Assembly: GCA_035623955.1 (NCBI GenBank)
Contig: DASPSM010000016.1
Coordinates: 1-43,201, forward strand
DNA: 43,201 bases
Direction: 5' to 3'
DNA from: Planctomycetaceae bacterium
Lineage (GTDB): Bacteria; Planctomycetota; Planctomycetia; Planctomycetales; Planctomycetaceae
Shown: one piece after another, positions 8,510-17,565 of the stretch
How the letters are laid out: each line of letters starts with the position of its first letter
How positions within the stretch are numbered: position 1 is the first letter of the stretch
Notes under the pieces: model-generated
Seen by the model: the letters and a program-made list of their open reading frames with translations, nothing else
Databases searched by the model: none
What the model was told of the DNA's origin: nothing
Program-made: the position numbers and the translations under genes

Positions 8510-9991
8510 GTGCCTCACCTCTTGCACGAGCTGCGTGCGGTCTTCGAGAGCCACGCGTCGCGGCCGGCCCTGGCGCACGCCAACCGTGTCTTTAAGTACG
8601 GCGAACTCGACGCGGAGGCCCGACGCTGGGCCGGGCGGATCCAGCGGCGCGGCGTCGAGCCCGGTGACCGCGTGGCACTTTTCAGCTCGCAGAAGGTGCC
8701 GTACCTCTTTGCGCAGCTGGGAGTGCTCTACGCTGGCGCCGTCCCGCTGCCGCTCAACCCCCGGTACACGCGGGAAGAGATGCGGTACTTCCTCACCGAC
8801 AGCGAAGCGCGAATGGTCATCGCCGGGGCCGCCGAATTGCCTCTCGTGGAGTCCCTCGCCCCCGAGCTGCCTCGCCCCCCCATCGTGCAGTCCGACGCCG
8901 ACGACTCGGCAGCCGACGTCTTCCGTGAGCCGAACGTCGCTGCGGACGACCTTCGGATGATCATGTATAGCTCAGGCACGACCGGTTGGCCGAAGGGAGT
9001 CGTCCACACGCACGCCGGTTCCGCGGGCAGCCTGCGCGCGCTCAAAGCCTGCTGGCAGATGACAGCCGACGACGTCGTGCTGAATGTCTTGCCGCTGTTT
9101 CACATCCACGGTCTGGAGTTCGCCACGCATCTCACATGGCTGTCGGGCGGCTGTCTCCGCATCGAAGACTCATTCGAGGTCGAGGCGGCCTTGGCGGCGA
9201 TCGCAGAATCAACCGTGTTCATGGCGGTGCCGGCGATCTATTACCGTCTGCTCGAGTCGGCGGACTTTCGCAAGGCGGCGGCAACCTGGAGCCGAGCGCG
9301 GCTCTTCACGTGCGGCTCGGCGCCGATTCGCGCTGAGGTGCTGCCTGAGCTCGAGGGGATTCTGCGGCATCCCGTCATCAACCGCTACGGAATGACGGAG
9401 TCTTACGTGATTACAAGTTTGCCGCTCGCTGGGCCGTGGCCGAGTGGATCCGTCGGCCTGCCGCTCGCGGAGATGGAACGCAAAGTCGTTCGAGGCGATG
9501 GCGCCGACGTTGCGCCCGGCGAAGTCGGCAGCGTTCTGATCCGCAGCCCCAATGTGTTACGCGAATACTGGCGAAAGCCCGATGCGACGCGGGCCGCCTT
9601 TTCCGACGGCTGGTTCGACACGGACGATCTCGGCACGTTGGATGAGCGAGGGTTTTTGACGCTCGTCGGCCGCAAGAAAGACCTGATTATCACAAACGGC
9701 TACAACGTCTATCCCCAAGTCGTCGAGCGCGTGCTCGGCGAGTGTCCGGGGGTGAGGGAGTGCGCGGCGTTCGGCGTGCCCGACCCGGAGCGCGGCGAGC
9801 GGGTGGCCGCGGCCGTCGTCCGGAGCGATTCGAAGCTCGACGAGGCGCGGTTACGCGCGTGGTGCAGCGAGCGGCTCGTGTTCTACCAACAGCCTCGAAC
9901 GTGGCTGTTTGTCGACGAAATCCCGCGCAACACTTTGGGCAAGGTTCTGCGGCGCGAGCTCATCTCGCGCGTCGAGCAGCCTACCAAATAG
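8510..9991 (+). CDS. AMP-dependent acyl-CoA synthetase/ligase (class I adenylate-forming)
   Basis: YSSGTTGWPKGVVHTH (AMP-binding P-loop), RYGMTESY, DTDDLGTLDERGFLTLVGRKKDLIITNGYNVYP, IPRNTLGKVLRREL. GTG start. Confidence 0.85.
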   Translation: MPHLLHELRAVFESHASRPALAHANRVFKYGELDAEARRWAGRIQRRGVEPGDRVALFSSQKVPYLFAQLGVLYAGAVPLPLNPRYTREEMRYFLTDSEARMVIAGAAELPLVESLAPELPRPPIVQSDADDSAADVFREPNVAADDLRMIMYSSGTTGWPKGVVHTHAGSAGSLRALKACWQMTADDVVLNVLPLFHIHGLEFATHLTWLSGGCLRIEDSFEVEAALAAIAESTVFMAVPAIYYRLLESADFRKAAATWSRARLFTCGSAPIRAEVLPELEGILRHPVINRYGMTESYVITSLPLAGPWPSGSVGLPLAEMERKVVRGDGADVAPGEVGSVLIRSPNVLREYWRKPDATRAAFSDGWFDTDDLGTLDERGFLTLVGRKKDLIITNGYNVYPQVVERVLGECPGVRECAAFGVPDPERGERVAAAVVRSDSKLDEARLRAWCSERLVFYQQPRTWLFVDEIPRNTLGKVLRRELISRVEQPTK

Positions 9992-10198
9992 AGTAACGAC
10001 TGATCCGCGCGGGAATCTGCCGGCGCGTGCGTCAGGCTTTCTTTCTGCGAGATTTGCCGGACGCGGCCTGAGCGGCCTTTTCCTGAGTGACCAGGTTTCG
10101 TCGGCTGCGCTTCATGCGACGCTTCCGTCGCTCGCCGGAATGGTTCGCTCCCATCGGGTCCTCGTTAGTTTCGAATGTCTTCGCTGTTTGGTGCGGGT

Positions 10199-10295
10199 AG
10201 CTTTGCCCAAAAACGGGGACTGACCCCCTACCGGAAGCAAACCAGCGCTCCAGCCGCAACGGGTCAGGGGTCTGTCCCCGTTTTTGGGCAAAGCT
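10199..10295. mobile_element. MITE-like element, copy 1 (97 bp)
   Basis: 29-bp terminal inverted repeats AGCTTTGCCCAAAAACGGGGACTGACCCC / GGGGTCTGTCCCCGTTTTTGGGCAAAGCT (28/29 complementary). Flanked by 9-bp direct repeats GGTGCGGGT (10190-10198) and GGTGAGGGT (10296-10304). A near-identical second copy sits at 25348-25446. Confidence 0.65.
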
Positions 10296-10428
10296 GGTGA
10301 GGGTCGACAATGCGGAGGAATAATAACAAATCCTGGAGCCAGGGCGGAAATCAGTGTCTGCCAACGAAAAAACGCGCCCGGAATCTCCGGGCGCGTCATT
10401 TTCAATTTCAATCAGAGCGTCGAACGGA

Positions 10429-11841
10429 TCAGGCCTTTGGACCAGCCGGCGACGGCTGAGTCTGGGGCGCTCCTTCCGGCTTCACGGCGGGCTCTTGCGG
10501 CACCGGCGGTTTGGCCGGCGGAATCACCTCCAGCGGAGGTTTGCCGGTTTCGTGCGGTTGCGGAACGGCTTCGGCCTGCGGCTTAGGCGGTCCAGCCGGG
10601 GCCGTGCCACCGCAAGTCGCACATCCGCCGCACGACGTGCACTCGGCCTGAGCACAGACGGTCACCGGGACCATGCGGCAGACTTCGTAGGCAACCTGTC
10701 GCGGCACACAGCGGGCCACCAGTCGCGTGCAGGTCACCGGGACAGTCTTGCACACGCAGCGCGGGATGCAGCGTTCGACCGTGTACGGGACCTGAATCGG
10801 CACGCAGTAGGCCACGCGGCAAGTGCGAGGCTCCTGGACCACGCGGTAAGTCGTCACCGGGACCTGACGCGTATGCTCTTCGCAAACGAGCCGGCAGGTC
10901 TGCACCGGCACGCGCTGCGTCATCTGCTCGCAAACATAGCTGCAACGCTGGACCGGGTACTTCTCGACGACTTCCTGGCAAACGGTGCGGCAAACCTGGT
11001 ACGGAATCTTCTCGCAAATCGTTCGCGGCACCATCCGGCAAACTTGAATCGGAACTTGCTGCCGCACGACTTCGCAGCGGTACGTGGTGCAGGGGACTTG
11101 TTCGCAGACGATCTTCGGGCACCAGACGCGACGGCACGTCGTGAAGCCGGGGCACTGCACCAGGCACGTCCGCCATCCACAGCACGGATCGCAGACGCAC
11201 TGCGGCACGACTGGACCCGGATGATAATCGGTCACCGTCTGCCAGCAGCCGCAATCGCGTTGAACCGTGTTGTAGACCGTCACCGGACGCATCACCGTGC
11301 AGCAGCGCTCGGTATTCACCGTCTCGACGACGCGATCCATAACGCAGCGCTGAACGGTTTGCTCATGCGTCTCGACCACAGGCCGATAAACCAGCCGGCG
11401 GCATTCGCGCTCTTCGGTCGTCCAGACTGGACGTTGGACGGTGTAGTGACACTCGCGGTACGAGGTCTCGATCACCGGCCGCTGGACGGTGTAGCGCTCT
11501 TCGCGGCAGCTCGTTTCGCAAATCGGCTTGCAGACGGTGTAGTGCTCGTCGCGATATCGAGTCTCCAGCGCCGTGCGATAACACGTCTCCTGATGGCGGT
11601 CGAACACGGTCTCGTACTCGGTTCGATTCACCGTGTACTGCTGCGGCTCGCAGACCGTGTCGTACACCGTTTGATAGCAGGTCTGCCGCTCGACCTTACA
11701 GGTGGTGTAACAACAGCTTGGTTGGCAACAAACTGCCGGGCAACAGCTGTAGCTGCATGCCCCGCAGTAGTAGCTGGCTTGGGCACTGCTCGTCGCAGTC
11801 AGTGCCAAAGTCAGCAGCGTTAAAACCCCGATGCTTCTCAT
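10429..11841 (-). CDS. Secreted cysteine-rich YTV-repeat protein with Pro-rich C-terminal tail
   Basis: Signal peptide MRSIGVLTLLTLALTATSSAQA. Five exact YTV tripeptides (QQYTVNR, EHYTVCK, ERYTVQR, CHYTVQR, VPYTVER) in degenerate repeats. Dozens of Cys, including CC and CxxC clusters. Tail PPKPQAEAVPQPHETGKPP. GGAG lies upstream of the ATG. Confidence 0.8.
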   Translation of the reverse strand: MRSIGVLTLLTLALTATSSAQASYYCGACSYSCCPAVCCQPSCCYTTCKVERQTCYQTVYDTVCEPQQYTVNRTEYETVFDRHQETCYRTALETRYRDEHYTVCKPICETSCREERYTVQRPVIETSYRECHYTVQRPVWTTEERECRRLVYRPVVETHEQTVQRCVMDRVVETVNTERCCTVMRPVTVYNTVQRDCGCWQTVTDYHPGPVVPQCVCDPCCGWRTCLVQCPGFTTCRRVWCPKIVCEQVPCTTYRCEVVRQQVPIQVCRMVPRTICEKIPYQVCRTVCQEVVEKYPVQRCSYVCEQMTQRVPVQTCRLVCEEHTRQVPVTTYRVVQEPRTCRVAYCVPIQVPYTVERCIPRCVCKTVPVTCTRLVARCVPRQVAYEVCRMVPVTVCAQAECTSCGGCATCGGTAPAGPPKPQAEAVPQPHETGKPPLEVIPPAKPPVPQEPAVKPEGAPQTQPSPAGPKA

Positions 11842-12251
11842 GCTTGAATTCTCCAGAATCTGCTGCGCAGCTATGACGGACTCACTGCCCCAATCCCGCC
11901 TGCCGTCATGAGCAGACCGTCTTCCATTCTCAGCACGTCAATGCCCAAATGCAAAGGAATTGCGTGCGTGAAAATCGGGGCCAATCGAAACGATTTCCGC
12001 GACTCCCCATCCTGCCAAGCATAGGACACGCGATCTAGGAATCTTGAGTGAAAACGGGTATCTCGCCGGAAGTCATTTGCGGCCCGCCCGGCGCTGACAG
12101 CAAATCCCGCAGGCTTTAACAGCAGGCGGCGGCGCAAGCGCAGAGGCCGTCGCAATTTTGGGAATCTTTGCGGATCGCAACGGCGAAACTCTTTCTCGCC
12201 GCCCGAGTCTCACGCTGGGCGTCAACTCGTTAGAATCCGCGAAAACGGAAC

Positions 12252-13340
12252 ATGATTCGCATGGTGCTGCCACCCTCTCCTTCGACGATCGTCAATTCGA
12301 CGGCTGCCTCGGTCCGACCGGCCGCGGACAGCTCCGAGTTTTCAAGCGTGGGAGTCGTCGTCATCGGTCGCAACGAGGGGGAGCGGCTGCGGCGCTGCCT
12401 GCTCTCGGTGACGGGAAAAGCGGCTGCCATCGTGTATGTCGATTCCGGGTCAACCGATGGCAGCCCGGCCGTTGCGTCTGCTCTCGGTGTCGACAACGTC
12501 GAACTCGACTCGTCGATTCCGTTTTCGGCAGCCCGCGCGCGAAATGCGGGACTCGATCGGCTGATGGAATTGCGCGGCGAACTCGAGTTCGTGCTCTTCG
12601 TCGACGGCGACTGCGAAGTCGCTGAGGCGTTCACCGCAATCGGTCGCCAGGCCTTGCTCGAGGACGCGCGAGTCGCCGCGGTTGCCGGCCGCCTTCGCGA
12701 GCGATTCCCCGAGCGCTCGGTCTACAACCGTCTGTGCGACATGGAGTGGAACATTCCCGCGGGTGAAACCAAAAATTGTGGGGGAATCGCTCTCTTTCGC
12801 GTCTGCGCTTTGCGGGAGGCGGGTGGCTTCAACTCACGCGTCGTCGCCGGGGAAGAGCCGGAGCTTTGCGTGCGTCTGCGGCAGCGAGGCTGGACTATCC
12901 GGCGTCTGCCCGATGACATGGCGACGCACGACGCCGACATGACGCATTTCTCCCAATGGTGGAAGCGTGCTGTGCGTGCCGGTCACGCGTATGCGGAGGG
13001 CGCGGCAATGCACGGGCGCTCTGCCGAGCGGCATTTTGTCCGCGAGTCGCTCAGCGGTTGGATCTACGGCTTCGCGATCCCCATTGCGATCGTGGCTGCG
13101 ACGATCGCAATCAGCCCATGGGCACTGCTTGCGACACTCGTCTATCCGCTGCTCGTGTTGCGAATCGCAGCCGGCCGCAGGCAGACCCATCGCGACCCTT
13201 GGAGCCACGCCTTTTTGTACGCGGGGGCCTGCCTCCTCGCGAAACCCGCCGAGTGTTTCGGCCAGGCGCGCTATTGGCTTCGTCATGCGCTCCGGCGACC
13301 GCCGCAAGTCACTCAACATCAGGCGGTCAGTCGCGGATGA
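12252..13340 (+). CDS. Family 2 glycosyltransferase with C-terminal membrane segments
   Basis: VGVVVIGRNEGERL, VDSGSTDGS, ARNAGL, LFVDGDCEV (GT-A DxD region). Hydrophobic C-terminal part IYGFAIPIAIVAATIAISPWALLATLVYPLLVL. Confidence 0.85.
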   Translation: MIRMVLPPSPSTIVNSTAASVRPAADSSEFSSVGVVVIGRNEGERLRRCLLSVTGKAAAIVYVDSGSTDGSPAVASALGVDNVELDSSIPFSAARARNAGLDRLMELRGELEFVLFVDGDCEVAEAFTAIGRQALLEDARVAAVAGRLRERFPERSVYNRLCDMEWNIPAGETKNCGGIALFRVCALREAGGFNSRVVAGEEPELCVRLRQRGWTIRRLPDDMATHDADMTHFSQWWKRAVRAGHAYAEGAAMHGRSAERHFVRESLSGWIYGFAIPIAIVAATIAISPWALLATLVYPLLVLRIAAGRRQTHRDPWSHAFLYAGACLLAKPAECFGQARYWLRHALRRPPQVTQHQAVSRG

Positions 13341-14319
13341 TGGGCAGTTCCCATTGAGGCGCCGCCGGGCTTTGAGCCGAAGGTGTCGGCGGCGTTGTGG
13401 GAACCGTTCCTTGAGCACCCTTCGGCGACCCGGGGATTGCAGAGTTCGCGGGCGCAATTGCGCCGGACGGGCCGTCAGCAGTTGCTGGATGGATGCTGAG
13501 CGTCGTGGAGTGTGCGGCAGGTGCGGGCTGCTGGGCGACTGGCGCCAATTCCTGGCTGACGATCGTGCGCAAGCTGCCGATTCCTGGATAGGCCGGTGAA
13601 CCCAAAGTGCGGGTCGGCGGAGGGCTCGCTTTGCCGGTCGCAAGCTCCATCGGTTCGAACTGCGGTGCGGCAGGCGGATAGGCGACGTCAGCAGGCGCGG
13701 CTGCCTGCGACCAGTTAGCCGACATCGGATCCGGAACCGGCCTGATGCCGGCGGCCGGGAACGTCGACGCGGGGAACGCTGGCATCTGGCCAACCGACGG
13801 GCCAAATTGGCCCCCCGCCAATGGAGTTGGCGAGAACTGACCTGGGACAAACTCCCCCGCGTAGGGCGCAGCGCCAATCGACCCGGCGGGGTTCGCGTTT
13901 GAATAGTAATAAACGTCCGGCACTCCTTCTGGGGGCTGCGCCGTTTGGGCGTCGAGCGCGCTGGCGCCGGCCTTTCCGTCTTGCTGAGCGGCCAGCGTCC
14001 CGTGCGTGAATCCGTCGCACCAGGCCTGCGCATCGCGCTGATCTTGTTCCGTCATCCCGCCGGCGGACCAGAAGTGGCTCGGCCCCGGAGGCTGACAGGA
14101 GTCGCCGCCGCAGTTCGCGAATTTGTAGCCGGCTTTGAAGCCCGCCTTGAAGCTCGATTCGCAGGGAATGTCCTCGTACATCCATTTGCGGGCGCGCCAC
14201 GCCTTGTCGGTCATCCATGATTGTTGCACCCAGGTGCTGCAGGAGTTGATCTGGGCAACACACCCGGCGCTGAGCCAGGCCAACGCGAGCGCGAGAGTCG
14301 CGCCGGTTGCGGTTTTCAT
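13327..14319 (-). CDS. Lipoprotein of unknown function, Cys-containing N-domain and Pro/Ala-rich C-terminal half
   Basis: Signal peptide plus lipobox MKTATGATLALALAWLSAGC. Its ATG overlaps the stop of the upstream HEAT-repeat gene (ATGA at 14316-14319). No recognisable catalytic motif. Confidence 0.65.
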   Translation of the reverse strand: MKTATGATLALALAWLSAGCVAQINSCSTWVQQSWMTDKAWRARKWMYEDIPCESSFKAGFKAGYKFANCGGDSCQPPGPSHFWSAGGMTEQDQRDAQAWCDGFTHGTLAAQQDGKAGASALDAQTAQPPEGVPDVYYYSNANPAGSIGAAPYAGEFVPGQFSPTPLAGGQFGPSVGQMPAFPASTFPAAGIRPVPDPMSANWSQAAAPADVAYPPAAPQFEPMELATGKASPPPTRTLGSPAYPGIGSLRTIVSQELAPVAQQPAPAAHSTTLSIHPATADGPSGAIAPANSAIPGSPKGAQGTVPTTPPTPSAQSPAAPQWELPIIRD

Positions 14320-17207
14320 TGGGACGCCCCCGCCTTGGCGCTTCCGGACACGCTCTCCAGATTCAGGGGAGAATCGTCTGTCAACGGAGGCGGAGCTGGA
14401 GGCGCCGCCGGCTTGGGGGGGGCTACGGGCTTGGGAGGCGCTGCGGCGGGACGTGGCGCTGGTTGCTCTTTCGTCGGTTCAACCGGCCGCGCAGTGACCT
14501 CGGGAAGAAGCAACGGCTCTCCCGGATACGGGAATCGCGGCTCGGCGCTCGGGCCATCCAATTCAATTTCATGCAGCGAGATGCGTGTTGCCGGAGTGGC
14601 GGGCCAAAGCAGCGGCGGCGCCGTCCCGCTGACTGTCGCCGCTTTCGACTCGAAATTCCCGGGTGCGGCAGGCGCCGCTTGCGACGCGGGAAAAACTGCG
14701 GGTCGGCCGTTCGCAGGCTTCTGTCCGAGTTCCTTCTCGGGCGCAAAGGGGCGAGGGGGCGCCGCGTTGATGTTTTTCGGAGTCGGATGCGTGTTTTGCG
14801 CTGGGACAGTGGCCCGAGGAGCGACTGTCGGATGCAATTCGATCGGCGAAGGCAGCGGCGCTGAATCCTGCAAAGCCTGACGTCCCCGGATCGCCCCCAA
14901 CGCGACCAGCGCGGCCCGTTGCATGCGCGGCACGTCGTTGGTTGCCGCCGTTTCGAGACGTGGAACGGCGTCGATTGCCGCCGGGCCGAATTGAGCCAGG
15001 GAGAGCGCCGCCATGATCCGCACACGGGGATTCGCATCGTCAAGCGCATCGGTTAGCCGGACGATCGCAGTAGCATTGGCCGATGCGGCCGCGCAGCCGA
15101 GGGCCCCGGCCGCCGCCTGCCTGAGATCCGCATCGCTCGGATCGACCAGCAAATGCAAGAGGGTCTCGAGCGCCGAGCGGTCGGTCGGTTGAAGTTTCAA
15201 AAGCGCTTCGGCGATCCGCAGTTTCACCGCCTTGTTTGGCTCTTCACCCAGGAGTTGACGCAAGGCGGGCATCGCGGTGCGGGCGTCGGGCCCCACCGTG
15301 CTGATCCGCAGCGCGCCCAACAGTCGATGGCGCGGCTCCGCTTGCGAGAGAAGCTCGAGAGCGTCAAGCACCGGCCGAGTGTGGATCTCCCGAAACTCGG
15401 GATCCGTGAGGAGCGCGGATAGATTGAAAGCTGGTTTGGGCTCGGCCGGCTTTTCGCCTTCAAATTGGGAGGACCGCGGGGCTCCGTCGTGGCGCGATTC
15501 GGCAGCATCGTCTGATTCCGCTTCCGCGACAGATTCTGCGCGAACGTGTCTCGGGCGAAGCGGCCTCTCATCGGCTGCTTCTCGGCGAGGGCGTTCATCT
15601 TCGGTGCGGGCATCTTCGGTCGCAACTGAATTCGAAGCCGTGGCCGAACTCTGTGGCCGCGGCTCGCTCGGCATGTACGACTTCCAGCCGGTGGTCGGTG
15701 GATCGAAGCCCGGATCAGATTTAGCCGATTCCTTCTCGGGGCCAGTGCTCAGCAGATCCTCGAGCCGCGAACGGCCCGCTCCTCGATAACCGGGGATAAT
15801 GCGAATGTCGTCCGTTTGCTTCGCGAGCCTGGCCACGGCGTCGAGAATCGAACTCTCCTGGTCAGCTTGCAGCGGGACCGGTCCCGGCACCGATTTTGGC
15901 GAAAGGGGCAGTGAGGCCGGAGCCGCTGAAGGCAAATTGACGACTCCCGGTGGCTCCGGATTTGCCGCAACCGGCAGAGGACGCTCGCTGACTGCCGCGG
16001 GCGCGACGAATGCCGCAGGTTCCTGCTCGAACCGCAACGGAGCTTGTGGCTGCGCGGGCTCTCGTGACGCTGGCGGCAAGTCCGGCGCAGCGAGCGCTGG
16101 AATGTCGGGCAACTCTTTCGTGGAATCGACGACAACCTGCCGGGACAAGTCGAGCGGATGGGCCGGAGTGATCTGCTCCGCGTCAGCGGCTGGCGGCGTC
16201 ACGGTTTTCGGCGCTGTTTGATTCAATGCACCGAGATTCGATGCTTCCGAATTGGAAATGGTGTTCGGCGGCGGGGCGGTTGGCAGCGTCGCATTGAGCT
16301 GTGCTGGAATTGCTGGTGTCGCGGTCGATTGTGTTGTCAGGGTAGCCATCGGCGCCGGCTGGGCCGCCTGCCCGAAATCCGCTGTCTGCTCCGTTGCTGG
16401 CTTTGCGGCAGGTGCCGTCGCTGGCTCAGCAGACCGGTTTCCGGTCGGTTCGCCTTGAACGAGCGCGGCGGGCAAGGGCGTCACCGCGGCGCGCCATCCG
16501 CCGGACGACTGCTCGAGTTGCGGCGGCGCCGGAGTCACTTGCCTGTCTAGGACGAACACCGGTGTTTGCTGACCGGAAGTGACGCTTGATGGCCCGGCTG
16601 GAACCGTATTCGCCGCTTGGACGGCGTTCCCTGCCGGCCCCGCGTTGGACCGCGTCGGATCGGCGGGCTCGTCTTGCACGGTTGGCAGCGAAAAGCTGTC
16701 GCGGTCCGCGGTCTGGCTGATCGTATTTGTCGGCGTCCACGCGGGAGCCGCTGGCGGCGGGGCTTGCCCGCTTTGAAGCGGCAAGGCCGCCTGATACGGG
16801 CGGCTCGATGGCGTGAACGGCGCAGGGGACCTGTTGAACGTCGGAACTTGCTGAGACTGGCCCCGTATCAAGCTGCGACGCTGCAACTCGAGGTAGATTC
16901 GTTGCGCCTGCGCGGCTCGTCCCTGCTGCTCAAACAGCCGCGCCTCGGCCAAGAGTTGCTGATCGCTCTGATTCGCGAATTGGACGGTATCCGCGGGTGG
17001 TGCAGCAGCGACTAGGTTTCGGGGCGGATAGCCGCCGCCGTAGATTGTCTGCGCGGGCTGCGTGTACTGGGAAAACGCCGGAAGCGGAATCAGCCCACAA
17101 ACCGCGAGGCCCGCGAGTGAAGCCCAACAACAGGGAGTCCAGCGCAGATACCGCTTTAGCAGGGCCCTGCACCCCCCCTCGCAGTCGTTAACGGATTGCT
17201 GGATCAT
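14316..17207 (-). CDS. Large membrane-anchored HEAT-repeat protein with long Pro/Ala/Gln-rich disordered regions (963 aa)
   Basis: N-terminal hydrophobic anchor WASLAGLAVCGLIPLPAF. The HEAT-like block (AMPALRQLLGEEPNKAVKLRIAEALLKL..., LLVDPSDADLRQAAAGALG..., LDDANPRVRIMAALSLAQFG..., NDVPRMQRAALVALGAI) lies toward the C-terminal third. C-terminal tail PKPVAPPKPAAPPAPPP. Confidence 0.7.
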   Translation of the reverse strand: MIQQSVNDCEGGCRALLKRYLRWTPCCWASLAGLAVCGLIPLPAFSQYTQPAQTIYGGGYPPRNLVAAAPPADTVQFANQSDQQLLAEARLFEQQGRAAQAQRIYLELQRRSLIRGQSQQVPTFNRSPAPFTPSSRPYQAALPLQSGQAPPPAAPAWTPTNTISQTADRDSFSLPTVQDEPADPTRSNAGPAGNAVQAANTVPAGPSSVTSGQQTPVFVLDRQVTPAPPQLEQSSGGWRAAVTPLPAALVQGEPTGNRSAEPATAPAAKPATEQTADFGQAAQPAPMATLTTQSTATPAIPAQLNATLPTAPPPNTISNSEASNLGALNQTAPKTVTPPAADAEQITPAHPLDLSRQVVVDSTKELPDIPALAAPDLPPASREPAQPQAPLRFEQEPAAFVAPAAVSERPLPVAANPEPPGVVNLPSAAPASLPLSPKSVPGPVPLQADQESSILDAVARLAKQTDDIRIIPGYRGAGRSRLEDLLSTGPEKESAKSDPGFDPPTTGWKSYMPSEPRPQSSATASNSVATEDARTEDERPRREAADERPLRPRHVRAESVAEAESDDAAESRHDGAPRSSQFEGEKPAEPKPAFNLSALLTDPEFREIHTRPVLDALELLSQAEPRHRLLGALRISTVGPDARTAMPALRQLLGEEPNKAVKLRIAEALLKLQPTDRSALETLLHLLVDPSDADLRQAAAGALGCAAASANATAIVRLTDALDDANPRVRIMAALSLAQFGPAAIDAVPRLETAATNDVPRMQRAALVALGAIRGRQALQDSAPLPSPIELHPTVAPRATVPAQNTHPTPKNINAAPPRPFAPEKELGQKPANGRPAVFPASQAAPAAPGNFESKAATVSGTAPPLLWPATPATRISLHEIELDGPSAEPRFPYPGEPLLLPEVTARPVEPTKEQPAPRPAAAPPKPVAPPKPAAPPAPPPLTDDSPLNLESVSGSAKAGASQ

Positions 17208-17565
17208 CTCTTCCGCGCTTCCGAAGTCCGTACGATCAGAGCGGAATGTGGACGAACAATCGCCATTTCGTCCTTATCGGTTGTAACGGTCGAGAAAATT
17301 CAGTCATTTGGGTGAGTTGGACAAACTTTTCCGAAAATGACGTCTCTGCGGGCCCGCCTCGGTTCGTCATACGTTGATCGTTTCGGCAGAATCCGCCGGA
17401 CCCCCGAGCCCGGTTGGTGAGCGCGAACCCAACGATGGCCAATGAAAGCCGCGCGGCAATTTGTTACAAACGGCCGGAAGTCGGCTATTGACGGTTTGCT
17501 CGCCTCGATCGTGACCCGATGCTCCCGATGAGGCCGAAATTCTGAAGTGTTGTTGGGGGCAATCG

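Noticed and set aside
10112-10411. ORFs reading through the MITE and GC-rich repeats (10112-10411, 10032-10364 full length, 25102-25635, 25261-25521, 25522-25716)
   Set aside because: Their sequences (for example LPKNGDRPLT, GQSPFLGK, PLAGEGLGVRG) are translations of the palindromic repeats and recur in both orientations.
10354-11823. 489-aa plus-strand ORF opposite the YTV gene
   Set aside because: There is no signal peptide or motif, and the composition is Arg/Ala/His/Leu-rich low complexity. The minus-strand frame has a signal peptide, an SD and YTV repeats.
12834-14033. 399-aa minus-strand ORF overlapping the GT2 gene and the lipoprotein gene
   Set aside because: It is extremely Arg/Pro/Ser-rich, antisense to the GT2 catalytic domain and out of frame with the lipobox-bearing ORF 13327-14319, which I prefer.
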